From: Auanema rhodensis
Lineage: Eukaryota > Animalia > Nematoda
Assembly (NCBI GenBank): GCA_964057225.1
Contig: OZ059900.1
Span: 9,672,001 to 9,736,000 of the forward strand
DNA: 64,000 nucleotides
Direction of reading: 5' to 3'
In this document: piece by piece, positions 37,330-59,300 of the stretch
How the letters are laid out: each line of letters begins with the position of its first letter
Numbering within the stretch: position 1 is the stretch's first letter
Made by a program: the position numbers and the translations under genes
The notes under the pieces: generated by a model
The model's database searches: none
The model's input: only the letters and a program-made list of their open reading frames with translations
Told to the model about the DNA's origin: nothing

Positions 37330-40300
37330 GTCGTCTCCAGCAGCTATTACACCTATTTCCTAATGTGTGGCCCAATAACAACTTAGTTAGTAATTAATAG
37401 AAAGCCTACAAACAATATCAACAATAAGAATAAGAATATAACAAATAATATAAGAATAAGTCAGCTGACTGAAAAATCATTTAATTGAAATCAATAAATA
37501 GAGGATTTAGATAAAGTAGAAAAAGTAGATATATATCTATATAATCAAAGCTATAGAGGCTTCTTTTCCATCATTTAGATGAAAAATGAAGAATTAGACA
37601 GCTTGTTTCACTTAATTTCAATTTACTTCGAATTAAGAAGAATCCACTCAATTTTATGATTTTTTTTCTGACGAGAAAAAACGAAGAACTTACTGACGTT
37701 CAATCTAACCCTCTTTCGTGGTATTTATGTTTTGGTTATAACCTTCTTTTTGACATTTTGGAGATTATCAATCAAGAAAAATGAGCGGAAATGGAACAAA
37801 TTTTTTGTTTCTATTCTTTGCTCCCTTTTTTCTATTTCTTTTTTCAGCAAAATTAAGCAATAATTCTTTTTTTTTTATTTTAAAACGCTTTGCACAATGC
37901 TAGATAAGATATACTATAATCTGGAATATAATGCTTAATGAAGAATATCTGATATGTACACGCATTATTTCTTTCAAAACAATTCTAAGTGAAAAAGAAA
38001 AAAGAGCAATTTAATGATAATAATAGGCCGATAACATGAAAGACAATGGCAAAATTTGGAGGAATTAAGAGCGTTTGCGCTGTGATGTTCACAAAACGCG
38101 GAGGAGAGTGACATGAGTGATATTCACTCTTCTTCAGGTGCATGAGGGTGTTTAGAGATAGGAAGTAGTGACGAAACAAAAAGGTTTCAATGTATTATAT
38201 ATAACAAAAGCAATGAAATATTATTGTGATCAATATGTAAGCTCTTGTCTTATTCTTCATTTCTTTTATCCATTTTACTAAAGTAGTGATGATATCAATG
38301 ATGATGATAATGATGACGATGTTCATGAAAGAAAGAGCTCAATCTTTTCTCCCTCTCATTCAATCTCTCTATCTAAGCTAATACGTCAAAGCTTAAAGGG
38401 CTTCGTGTACTAGTGACATACTTGAAATTTCAATACTACATTTTCTACACAGAAATATTTAGCTAGTAGATTAAATTTGAAAAGAGATGAAGAGAAACCA
38501 TCTTTCAAATCAAAAAAATACGTGTTAATATATCATATGTGGGAACGTATGACATTTTGTGAAAATCTAAGAAATGGCTAGGAAGGATAAGACCTTTTTT
38601 TTCTAAAATAAGAACAAAAAGATGAAAAAATTAAAAATATATGTGTGAATGAATAGGAATGTTCGAAATTATTCCAAAAATGTGACAAAAAAAGTTTAAA
38701 ATACTATCTGTGATGCAAACTCACATTAATCGTTTCATTGAATATAAAATGTTATAGTGTTTATAAGAATTAAACGTGCGAATATGAATACATTAAACGC
38801 AAAAATATGCAGAGGACAGAGAAAAGCAGTTTGTTTTGTAAAAAAAAATTAAGAAATGGATCAGACAACGATGAGAAGTTTTTAATATACCGATGTAAAC
38901 CGAATTATCTGGATGAATAGAGATAATAAATGCTGGAATTGTATTTTTAAACTTGAAATTATGATGAGATTAGTTTTGAAATGGTATGAAATTGAGGAAG
39001 TAGTGATTAAACATATTATTTTTACAAGCCAAGAAAAGAATTGAATGTATTAGTCGGCGCTAATTTAAGAGATTAACCATAAGACAAAACTTTTATTTAA
39101 GATTACTATGATATTTTAGGATAAAATTATGTTTGACTTTGGATTTGTTGAAAAGGAAAAGATCAGTGGCATCCCTGAATAATCTTCTCCATTTTTTTTT
39201 GTCTAAAGCTTATCAACAAACCGAAAACTAGAAAAAATGTTCTTTATTCTCGCAGTAATAATTTTTATTTCAGAAAATTAATTATAAGAATTGATTTGAT
39301 AAAATTTGTAAAATACTGAAAAGAACGGAAACAACAGACACGGAGCAGTTTTAAAGAAATTGATGATGAGAAGAATAAATGTCAAATTCACCCAATATAA
39401 GCCAATTGGATGTAGAAGATCATTTGCTATCAATAGGAGAAATACAGAAAAATCGAACAAGTGAGTTGTATGTATATGATAATATGTGTGCATTATACCT
39501 TTTTCTAATTGATTTTTTCAACAAAAACTAGAAAAGTTTTAAATATGCTTCATGTAAAGTAAAAATTCGTGATTAAAGCTTAAATTTGGAATGAATGGAA
39601 AAGACAATGATTTTCTTTTTTTCATTCTTCTCACAAAATGCTTGTATTATGATTGAAAAAGTAGAAAGCTTATAGATAAAGATGATGAAGAACAGACGTC
39701 AATGTGAAGGATGAATCCATCTTAGCTTGTGCTTACAAAAGGAAAAACGTTTTCTTTATTTACGATTTTCGATAATCGGCTGATGAGTATTAGACAAGAT
39801 AGAAGAAATAGTTTTTCTACGAATATATATAAGCTAACTATACATATATTTATATTTATAAATATATATCTATATGATATCGTTATTTATGCATTCATAT
39901 CATGATTATATCAAATGATTAAGGAAAAGAAAAAAATAATAATAAAACAATTCTTCTTCTTATTTCATGTTGCTGTAGCAAGCATATTGAAACAGAATAT
40001 GCTTTGATGAGATAAGTTTTTCTCATTTTTCAAATACAATCTCATTCATTTGTTTTATTTGTTGTTTACTAGCAGAATATAATACTTTGATAAATTATTT
40101 GAAAAAAATTTATTCGAATTCGAGATAATCCAATAAAAAGTAAGGAAAACCGTTTTCATATTGCCTAACTAAGTGAAAAATAATTAGAAAACTATGTGGT
40201 TTTAAACATTTTCCAATTAAAAATGTATTTATGTCTTACATTTTTAATTTTCCGCTGTAATATTCTTATTTCAGATAGTTCGAACAAATGAATTAAACCA

Positions 40301-43002
40301 CTCGTAAACTACTAAATTGCTCTATGATAACACGTCAAACACTTATGAAAATGCTTATTGAGCAATATCCTTCACAAAGTATAGAAAATATTCATATTTA
40401 TTATCTTTATTCTTCAACTTTTATTTTGATAAATGAAAGTGTGAAGTAAAACTATTTATTATTTAAACATTTCCAAATAATTTGTACTTTTTTATAGGAA
40501 AAATAGGATCCATAAACGGCTATTATATTCAATGTTTATTGTAAAAACTAGATACAAACATTAAATTGTGTTTTATTTATTGTTGAATTTTAATTATTTT
40601 TTTCTTATTTATAGACATATAATTAAATATTTTCTAGATATATACGATAATCATTATTTAGTTTCAACTCTATATGTATAAACTTCTATATTGTATTAAA
40701 TAAATATCACGAGTTCATTAAACATTTATTATAGTCTATATTCTGTATTGGATATAAAAAAAATAATCGATAATAAACATGAACATCCTCACTAATTGGT
40801 TTTAATGACGCGGGAGAAAGTTGGCCGAATCAGAGGATTTAGAGCCAATTTTATTTTAGATAAATGCATAAAGAGATACGTGAATATCACTAAAAAAAAG
40901 AAGATATGATTAATTGATTGATTTTAGCTCAATTTTTATTTTTAAAAAAAATATTTTTTATGCATTTTATTATTTATTTTGTTTATTTTACGTATTATTA
41001 ATGATGATGTAATATACTATATACTATATTTATATGTAACTAACTTAGTGATATCTTTCATGTTTAGCTATTTTATCGAAAATCATCAAGCAAAACATAT
41101 CGGTTTTTTTCGAGATGAATGAAAAAAAAAGAATTTATTTGATTCATGTTATATCTAAACATTCTGAAATTCTGAATCATCTCATCTGATAATATCCTGT
41201 AATGTTATTTTCTCTGTAAAAGAATTCCTCATATCATAGGCTATATTGCTATTGATGCTGTTAAGCATGAGCCATCATAGTTTATGTTCAACTTTTTTTT
41301 TCTCATGAAATGTTATATTTCATATTCTGTCCAGCATTATCAACATAACACTTGATTTTTCATCATGTTTATGACACATGTTCAATGTTTGATTTATTAA
41401 ACGCATTTTGATATGTCATAGATCATGAGAAGTTATTATCACGAAGCGAATTAGTCAACTTTTGGACTTTTCTTTATCACTCACATGCAACACAATGAAA
41501 TGTAAAGATGAGACTCACATAGAAAACTATGGCCTGGCTCATTGTTTGCTCATCCATATGTGCTGCAGTTCACATAATCTTGATTGCTAACAGATTATTT
41601 AATTTTCCATGCTTTTAGTCTCCATTTCCCTTTTAATAGTGTAAAATTCAAATTTGAAATGTGACCATTTATATGCATATATTATGCAATTCTGTTATTT
41701 CAAAATATTTTTAATATAAATAAATGCTGTTTTGACCAAAATATTCGTTTACCTTATACTATGCTCTATTGATTTATTACTCAATTTTCTTATCTCATAA
41801 AAAATCTATCTAATACTCGTTCACAAAGTTCTAGTTTCTTGTTTTGTTGCTTTCACATAGCTATTCGTTGTATTGTCCATTAGCCTAACATGATCTAGGT
41901 AACAGTACCCATTTCCTTTTTGTCTATTTCAAACATATACTGCTCTCCATTTTAGTTCCGGTTCATAACAAGTAGCCAGTTTTAGCAGCGAACGTTATTT
42001 GAAACAGCCATATGTATTGTGATTCTAAATTTTTGTTCGTTCTGATTGTGTAGTCAGTGAGACATTGACTGACAGTTCGTGATTTTTCTTTTCTGTATTC
42101 GTTTGGAAAAATGGTTACATGGTCTAAGAAAAAAAGAAGTTAAAACCATATAACTATTTAATTAGTTTTCTAATTTTCACCGTTGCATAGTTTAATTAGT
42201 TGAAAGTGTAAAGATTGCAATCTTAATGAATTTTCTTATCAAATACTAGAAGATTTTTTTATGTTTATGCTATAAATGTCTAAACAGATGCGAAAAGAAT
42301 ATATTTAACCGACAAAAGTGATTGCCAACTAGTGTAAACAATCAGATTGTACAAAGTGCTTTGCGATCCTGTTAATATCTTATCGTTTATCCAACTCGTC
42401 GAAACTCTTTTCTACTCTGCGTCAATAATGGACAATGCGGGACAGCTCATCCTTTTCTAAATTGTCCGTTACTCCTCAACACAATTTTTCGTTTTCAACA
42501 AAAAAAAAGAAAGAAGACGAGTGTGCATATGTGTCTGGAATGCAAACATCACCTGTAACACTATTCCTCGTAGAACTGTAAAACTAAAGCTTACCTTGAC
42601 ATACAAACGCTCTGTGAACAAGGTACGCAGTCACGTACATTTACATTAACTTAACGCTCAATTATAATTAAATCTATTTTTTTAAACATAAGTTGATATT
42701 AATGGTATTCACAGAACTATCTTTTTACGTCTTACTTCGATTCTAAATCTATTATTTTCATTATAATGATAATTTCTTTTTCCAGCTGATATTGACTGTT
42801 ATTTTATTGATTGAACGGTTAAGTAAAGTGGTCAAGCCACATGATCATCAGCCGAGTTGTAATCTTTTGCAAATATTTTGAATTCTCTCTCTTCAATCAA
42901 TTCTACTTAAACGCATATATCATTCCTTGTTAATCAATTAATTTGTTGTATTTTCACGCTTAATTAGCATTTCCAGAAATTATTTCTAAATGTGAAAACA
43001 AG

Positions 43003-50036
<7,034 letters not shown>

Positions 50037-51644
50037 TCTGATGAATATTCTCACATATTCATCAGTTGATATATCTATCATAGATTTTTGAGTTTAGATA
50101 AATATCTGCTTTCATTAAACATCATATGCGTATTGCCTTGTGACATAGTTTAGCTTAATTATATTTATGTCATCATAGTTATAATATTGTTTAGCCAAAA
50201 TCATAGTTATGAGATTATATTCTAAAACCTTATTGCAGTTACTTACCCACAGGTTCATAATGAGATTACTTTTCCGCCTTTTCTAATCATTTTTTGGTCA
50301 TATTGTTTATCAGCTTTCTTCAATTATATCTGTGATTTTGTGCACATGGTCTTATTTCTGCTTATTCTCAACTATTAGAAAAAGCTTTAGTTTCAACGCA
50401 CCACCTTGATTTGATCTTGTTTTTTTCTGGTTCTTTTCTTCCCATCAAGGTTATTGATTACCTTACCATGTAAGACAATTTCATAGTTTGATACTGTGTA
50501 TCGATTCAGTTTTCTCTTTTTCTTATTGATTGATATTTATAAAACAACTTTCTATTCTCATCTCTTGAGAGACTATTCTTTTCGAAATTTTTAAATTATG
50601 TTGTTTAGTTAACTGGTACTAATACTATTTCATTTTCTCTCTAACAAGCATCGTCTTCATTTATTGAATTTCCATTTTTCTTTCCAGTTTTTATGATAAT
50701 AGTTATCGTATAATGTTAATATAATATATCCTGTAAATATATATACATTTCGTTTCTTTACAAAATATTTTATAGTTATTACACATCTCTTTATATATTT
50801 TTACTTCATAATTCATGAGTATGAGTATATTTTTATTAAGAAAATGAGTTTACACATTACAATGCAGATTGCAGCTATTCTTTAAGATTTTTGTAAAAAA
50901 AAGGAAGATCATAAACTTGACAATGAGAATCATATGTCATAAGAGCTGTTAGGCTAAGGTAGGTTAACCACAAGTTATGTACTTAGTATCTATGCATATA
51001 GATTGATATGTGTATCTAGATCTTGTAACAACAGGTATGAACACAGAAAAAATAGACGAAACGGTGTGTTTATTTAACATAACAAACACATATTATAACT
51101 TATATTATTTATAATTTGTATAGTATTGATATCACAAAGAATTTCAGCTCCATATTGATACTTGTATACAAATGAAGATGTGTTTCTTTGTTTCTCAATT
51201 GGAATACAATACTATACTTCTACTATACGACCTCATATACGGAGAACATAAATAGGTTGTTAGTCTATGATGTATTTCTTTTGCAATCTAATTCTTTTCT
51301 TTAATCCAGAAAACGAATTCGCTCAAAAAATGCTTAGAAAAATGGTTTTCGCAATGATCGTGTGTAATTCAATCTTGTTGGCTTTACATCTTACATAAAT
51401 GGCTTAGACTTTGCATGGAAATTGATGTAAATCTTCAAAATGCTTAAACGCATATATGGGGCAAAACGATTTCAACGTAATTATCTCAGCTGGTGTGGTG
51501 TACTAGCAATGATTTCATGTTTCAGGCAATAAACGCTGACACCTTCACTTAATTTTTATCATAATTGCTATTGTTCGATTGTCATAACGCTTATTGTCGT
51601 CTTGGATAAGAATTATCTCTACATGACTTTGGCATTCACGCCTC

Positions 51645-51677
51645 ATGCGCGTTATGCACGTTATGTGCGTTATGTGC
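51645..51677 (+). repeat. 9-bp tandem repeat ATG(C/T)(G/A)CGTT, ~3.7 copies
   Basis: ATGCGCGTT ATGCACGTT ATGTGCGTT ATGTGC. Confidence 0.8.
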
Positions 51678-53004
51678 TCAGGTCATATGGTGGATAGGCT
51701 AGAGGCAAGTCGACGCATCCGATTGCTCATAGCATCTGGGATAATTACGGAACAAGGTGAGAAGGTGGTGCGGTGCACAATTAATTGTCTATTGTTCATA
51801 GTTATCGCGCGTAATATTGTACTAGAAGGCCAGGCTCAGCCAATCTCTGCTGTTCATTATTCTATGAAACTTGAAGGTTTCCGGTCTACTTTTCGTTTGT
51901 TTCGTTGTAAGAAAAACATTTTTTTTTGTAAATCGCAAGCCCCAAGTATCTTTTTCACATGATTAAATAAATCTCAATAGCTTTACACTCACTTTTTCGC
52001 ATACGAAATCCTTAACATAATTTTTCTCCCTTTTCGTTTCTTCAAACACTTTGGTGAATCCTGTTCTGTTCTCATTTCCTTTGCTCAACTCTGCTCTAGT
52101 CTCCTCCTACTCTTTACTTTTTCTCGCTTTTATATCCGATCCTCAACTGACTACCTACTATTGCCCTCAATACGTTAACCTAAGTACAAAGAGTTGTAGA
52201 GTAAGATAGAAAGTAAGTAAGAGAGTCAATGAATATATAAGAGATATAGACTGTTAGAGTGTAAGCTGAGGGTATTCAAAAGCCGGGAACAACTTTCTGT
52301 TTGTTCTATTTACTTAAGGGTGGTCAGAATCTCTATACTTACAACATCTATTCTATACTTCTTACTCCTCTTCCATTTTCAATCATCCATCTTGCTTTCT
52401 TAGCATTTTCAAATCATACCTCTTTATGCTTCTCTTAGAACTCATTTAAGATGTCTTTTATTCTTTTATAGCATATGGCCCATGTACTTAGAAAACACTT
52501 AAACATCAACTATTCATCTTGTACAATCTCAGTTCTGTTTCAGTTTTGTATATATTTAAGCATATGTTTATTTATTTTCCCCCTATTCTTGCATCATTTA
52601 GAATCACACGTTTAAAAGTTTTCATATTCATTCTCTCTCTTCATTTCAACAACTTCCCCCCTCTCCTTACCACCATCTGTCAATTTCCCAAACTTCTTTG
52701 TGCTGAGACCATATGAGTTTTCTGCTTTTTTTTACAAATTGCTCAGCGGGTTACCAAGAATATGACAGCAAATGCAGCATTTCCATATATTAACTTTTCT
52801 TTCGATTCTGCGCATTGCTCAAATTCCGTCCAGAAAAAAATATTTTCATAGCATGAAGCTTAATCTTCACTTTAATTACTTGCTATTTCTATGTAGTATA
52901 GTTAAAAGTTTCTTTTGCCACATCATATTTGAAACGAAAAAACAATAATTTCAGATAACTCCAATTTGATGAATGTCTTCATCTTTCACACAGATTCAAT
53001 AAAA

Positions 53005-56000
53005 ATGTTGCAGTCACTCTGTTTCTTGATCATTCTTAAATCTGCAACAGTAGATGCAGAATGTTTGAATAGTAATGTAAGATTAATCTCGATATGTCAA
53101 GTAGTAGTCGTATTTAACGATGAGATACTTGTAGGTCGGACGCAACACCTTTCTTTGGTCCGTCTCCGATGCACAAACAGGATTACGCGGCTTTCTATTC
53201 GGCACTATTCATGTGCCATATACCGAGGTTTGGAATACAGGTACGAGTTATTGCGTCATTTATAAATAACGGGAGATGATGTTAAACATAAAGCGTAATG
53301 GTACGCATTTTATAATTTGAGAATGATGCTATTGCGCAATGGTCAGCCTTTTCACACAATAAGAAAAAAACTTTAAAATATAGAAACCATTGAAATGCTC
53401 TGGTTCTGATTTCTCTTTGTGTATCAAATATCACACACAGCATTCAACAGATGTACATCGTTTCATTTTTACTTTAGTCTAATTACTAAATCAGAATGCA
53501 TCATCACAAAGAACATATGTTTCTATTGTTTAGAAGAGAGTGAGGAGAGTAGGGGGGAGGGCAATGAAAGAGGCTGAAAGTGTGAATTGATGTTCATGGC
53601 TATTGTCTTAGTCTTTGCTTGTTTATTTATATATAGTAACATATAATTAAGATATATAAATGGAATAAATCCCTCTGTGAAAAAAAAATTTTTTTTTCAG
53701 ATACTTAATGGCTTTGTTATGCATTTGAGAAAATACTTTTTATGTTTTGGTTTAATTATTTCAAATGCTTGCTTACATTTAAATGTAAAAATAGGATATA
53801 ACCCCCCCCCCCTTTCCACAAAATAGATCAAAAGATTAAATTTTTGTTTTCAATAAATTAATTAGCTCACGTTTTTTGTTGAAATGAAGATGAGGAGAGA
53901 AAGAAATAGAGAAAGAAATGCGTATTTTCATTCTAATTTAGTCAATTTTCACTGTAAACATATATAAATCCAAGCTCGTATAGGTTAAATGTTCAAATAG
54001 CTCTTGTAATTAATTTATGATGTTAGCACCTTGTCCGCAACACTAACTTGTTGTTTTAATTTGAAATGTTTCAAATACAAATTGGCTTTGAATAGATTTC
54101 TTTCATAATGTATTTGAAAATTTCGAATTATTTATGAAATATGAATGATTGATGAAAGCTTAGCTTATGGCTATTGTTCAATATAATAATAATAATAATA
54201 ATAATAGTAATATATTATTTGTTTTTCTATCCTATAGGTATTTAAAGAATATTTTGATTTCAAGTATTCTTCATTCTTGGAATCAACATTAAAATATTAA
54301 GTGGCTTCTTCCTCAAATTATTATATGAAATGGTTTTAAAGCTTGAAAAAATCAAAGACATATGGCGAAATGTAGATGAAAATTGTAATTTACTTTGAGT
54401 TGAAAAAATATGAGAAAGCTTATTTTACAATATGAAGAATGATTTCATTTTTTTACAGTATCGGATCGCGTGAAAGAAGCTTTAACTCTATGCGACTCAG
54501 TTCTACTGGAGGTTGATCTTCATGATAACAATACCATTTACAAATTGGCTAAATGTAAAAATTTGCCAAAAAAACAAACGGCACGCTCATATTTATCTCC
54601 ACAATTATACAAAAAAGTGAATTCACGTAAGTTTATTTTCTAGTTTTCATTCATTAATTTCTTATTTTTTGATTTGCAGTTATGAAACATTTTGGTAACA
54701 CAAGGTCAGGTATTCGAGGACGTAGTTCGAGTAGTAGATCACGATCAAGATCAGATACCGGTTTAGCTGGTAGGATGAATCTAAAAATATAATTTATTTC
54801 ATCATTTATAATATCTTTTAAGGAAATTGGTATAGAAAACGTCCCGAATGGCTATTATTTCTATTATATCATCTCAGTGATAATTTGCCATCAAAAACAA
54901 CACCTTCACCAATATTGGATGTGTTTTTAGCCCAACAGGTAAAAATAACACATCTTGTTATGGTTTTTTCGAATATAATCATCAAAATAAGAAACCAATC
55001 ATAAAAAAATTAGATGAAAGTAAAAGTGAAATTGAAATTAAAGTTTGTTCGTATTTAAAGATTCACAGAACTAGTATTTAGGCTTTGGAAAAACAAAAAA
55101 GTATTGGAGCTATTGAATCCGTTGAAGAGCAATGTCGACCTATTACATCGTTATCGTCATCTGATGTGAGGAAATAGATTTATTCTAACTATTTCATATA
55201 ATTAGAAGCTTGAAGTATTAAATATGCTTATTTAGATAGTGTTTGCTATCAATTATACTGTCCAATTTTTGGAATATAAGCAGTCAATTAGCTCTGCCAT
55301 GAAAAGGACAATTGAATCACGTGGTCAGCATTTACGACGTCTTGTCGAAAATTACCGATGCGGCAACTTGGAACAAAAAGTTGTATATTCAAATGAATTT
55401 AATCTAGCTGGCATAAACATGACGATTGAAGATGAACGACGAGCGGATGAAGTTAGTTCTATCTAAATTTCTCTTTTTTTCAATTTTCACATCATTACTC
55501 AAATTAAAAAGATTTCTGATCGCTTCATTAAAAATTCCAATTATTTCAGATTAACAAAGCTCTCAAACATGATATTCTTTTCAAGCGGAACGAAGTCATG
55601 GCCAAGCGCCTTGATCAATATTTTACGAAATCGTCAGAAAAGCTAATTTTCACTGCAATAGGAATAGGCAAGTTTCTGCAATATGAAATTTAGTTTCTAT
55701 TGTTTTCATTCAAATATATCTCTTCGTTTTCGCATAAGTTTTCATTATAACATCACTATCAGCTATATCTATAGCTATAGCTATAACTATATGTGAAATA
55801 AGGCTTCGTTTTCAATATATATATATATATATAACTTTACATCTATACATCTATACCCGACAATTGTCAACATTTCAGGACATTTTTTCGGCAAACTGAG
55901 CATAATTCGATCACTTCGTAAAATGGGTTATATTATTCAGCCAATAGAAAATGATTATCACTTGTAAGTTTTTTAGGTTGCCCAAGCCAAAACCAAAAAA

Positions 56001-56308
56001 TATCATTTTTTCTTCAATTAAATTAAACTTTTTGTTTTTTCTTTTGAAATATATATTAATATATGAAAATAACACATTTCAACAAAAAAATGTAGTCTTT
56101 AATGTCTTAGGAGTGTTGATGTTTCAGAAATTTTGAAAGACGTCGACCACGTTTACGAGTTAAATCACTTTGGAATAAAGATGACAGCTTGCAGTCTACT
56201 TCGGATGTAGCTTCTGGTAGTCATCATCTCAACAGCAGATGGCTTTTCACATTCGCCGGACTCATATTACTTTTAATGACAGTACAATCTATATTTCAAT
56301 CAATCTGA
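53005..56308 (+). CDS. TIKI-like (TraB/PrgY family) metalloprotease ~411 aa; exons 53005-53076, 53135-53240, 54459-54626, 54680-54769, 54823-54938, 55082-55165, 55236-55451, 55550-55667, 55879-55963, 56128-56308
   Basis: Signal peptide; [68 protein letters not shown] and RRPRLR..LW match TIKI/TRABD2 motifs; hydrophobic C-terminus (GPI/TM-like). An alternative in-frame ATG lies at 52969. Confidence 0.9.
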
Positions 56309-59300
56309 ATGAGCGATGTGTGAATTAGACTGAAAAGCCTGATGCATGAGCATTACTTTATGGAACAAAAAAGTACATGGCTTCTCGTTGAATACATCAG
56401 CCAAGCAGAGTATGACAACTGTTTTGTCCAATGTCTCGTAGTCAAGCTTATCCGCTTTTCTGTCTCTCTAATCCCGTTGTTTTTTGTTTGTTTGTTACTA
56501 TATATCAGTCCGAATAATTAGTTTGTCGGTCGTATTCTTTCATTCACTAATCATTTTTATTGTTATCTAGCTTTAGCTAGAGCAAATAAGTTTATGTCGT
56601 TGCCTTGTTCAACTTATATAGCCAAATCCTTCATTTTAATTATTTTTCATGTTTCTTATCTTCTTGTATTTTTTTCCTGCTGCTCGCATCTCATCCTCCA
56701 TTTCATCATCTCAACATCTTTTAAAATTAGTGGTCTCAATCTCTCCGTCTCTTCTTGATTTTGGTTTTCTTCTCTGCTTTCTCAACTTTATATGAAAAAA
56801 ACTTCAAATTTTTCCTCAGAAAGAGCGTCGTCCTCTAGCTTTAAACAAACTGTTTTCCTATTTTTTGCTTGTCGCATCATCTATCTTATGAGGATGTCTC
56901 GGCAAATTTTTTTTATGGATCATTGCTTCACTTTAACAGCATCCTTCTTTTCATTTAGCTAATCATTCGAATTATATGTCCTTGCCCAATTTATATCATT
57001 CGCATTTATCATTGAAACTTATCTTGTATTTAATTCCTCACATGCAAATTCATGTGCACTTCAACATCCAAAGACAGCGATTACATCATTGTTTTGGCTA
57101 ATATGACCGCATGTGGGGTGAAGCTCGGATTTTCGTTTTATTGCAAATATTTGTTTTTTGTTTTATGTAGGAGACCGTTTAGAGAATGATTTCAAAGCTA
57201 TTAGAAACTTGTAGATACAACACAATATTGCTATTCTGCGCTTATTCCTATTTCAAACTATGTAGTTATTTTATTTTTTTAAATTATAACATATCCTTAT
57301 CCTCTCAATTCTCAAATGCTTTTCATTTTTTGAATCTCTCTCTCTTCGTTTACGCTTACTCTTTTTTTAGTTCGTTGCTCATTCGAACAAACAAAAATCG
57401 CTAAAGTGGTAAACAACTGTCACAGCGGCGTAAAAGAGATATGAGCTTTCCTCTAGCCACGTTCTGCCTAAAATGGACTTGAGAACGTCGTTCTCAGTGT
57501 TGTCTCGTAAGCCTGCGTCTCTGTACTCCTTCTCTTCGGGCATCAGCCTGTTGCTATTTTGCCTCTGCTTTCTTCGACTCAACTCCTTCATTCAGAAAAA
57601 GAACGCGATGCCAACATTTTTCTTTTACTTTTTTTCTTTCTTTTTTTCATCTGCTAGTTTATACATATTTTGTTTTTCTTTCTTGTTTGCTTTATTGAAA
57701 AAAAAAGAAAACTAAAGAAGAAACGAATATATACATACATATAGACATATATATTGAGCGTATGTATGTCTTTATAGTTATAATTTCATTTATAAACTAT
57801 ATTCATATAGTTTATATATATAATATATTAATTCTTTTATAGTTTGTATTATGACACTTAGATCAATACAATGAATACACGTGATATATATACATATATT
57901 GCTTGATTTATCAATAATTATTCGTATTAATTGCTCTATTCTCTCAAACTATTTATCATTATTTATTCATTGAAGCTAAATTACCGGTTGTTTTATTCAC
58001 ATAATTCGATTTCAAAATAACATCGAACATCGCTAACAAGATCAACGAACTTGCTCTCTATTCATTCAGTTTTCTCTTCATTTTTTTGAGTAGAATTTAA
58101 AAAATTTTGAATAAATTTAGAATTTTCAACTTAGGCTCTGCGCCAAACAAAATAAAAAAAGATGGAAGAACCGAGACTACTGCCTTCGTTCACATATCTA
58201 TCTGACGATCTCATTTTCAATTTCTTTAGCTGAAAGCCATGTTAGATCTTAATTGACTTGTTAGCCATTATCCATAAATGTCTTCTTTTAATATCATATT
58301 TTAGTTTAGTGTATGTGCTGATCTTCCATCTCTCTCTTCTCTTTTCTTTTTCTTGTTTCATGCTTCTTTGACTTTTTTCCTTTTCTCTCAGGCTCTCCCT
58401 CTCTTCTTCTTCTCCACTCCCTCCGTATGACTTTTATCGTTATTCTTAAACATCATTTGCCTTTCTGTTCACTTTATCTTTTTTCAATTGTCAAAGTTCA
58501 CTTTTATAGATATACGTATTTTTATGTGTCCGAAACATTTTTCTGTTTTCTACTTAAGTGTTTTCTTTTCATCTGTGTGTTAAATGTTTCATAATGCTTC
58601 TATGTTGTTCAAATTTAATAATATATTCAACGTCAACATAATTTTAACCTTTCTCCAGTGATTTTGAAAAGAAAAGAGAAATTGAACCGCACATAATTTG
58701 CATGCTGTATTGAAATGTTGCTTTCACAAGCTTTAGTTAACACATAAGTCTGCCTGATACGTACTAATATGAATTTAACCTCACTCTATGTTAGCAGTTG
58801 ACATAAGCTTGAAAATCTCTTGGTTAGTTTCTCTTAATTTCGTTTTTTTGTCAAAAATTTTTTTCACAATCATTTATTAATTAGTTAATTCAATTGAATT
58901 ATGATGTCAAAATCAAAAAAATTACAGTATTTTCTATATAAAAGCCAATGTTAACTTTTATTTAAAAGTTACAACTTGGCTCTATTTCATATATCCATAT
59001 AATGCCAAAAATTCGATCAATGGCATTGAATGACGAGTTTAGAAATACTATTTACGCTCATGCCAATTTAAAATATTTTTAGTCTTTTTTTTCATAATTC
59101 TTAGCTGTTCAATTGAATGGTAGAAAAGTGGAAAGTAAAATAGGCTAATAGGTGTAACATCGTCTATTTTTCTTTGTTCATTCTTCATGGATACAACAGC
59201 TAACACTTTATATGCATTCAGATGGAATATTCTGTCATCTCGTTTCTGTCATATTTTTCTCGAGCTATGAATTAGTATTGTAGCTTTAGCCCTAATAGAG

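Noticed and set aside
53749-53770. SL-RNA-like GGTTTAATTA
   Set aside because: It diverges after 10 nt, with no donor or Sm site.
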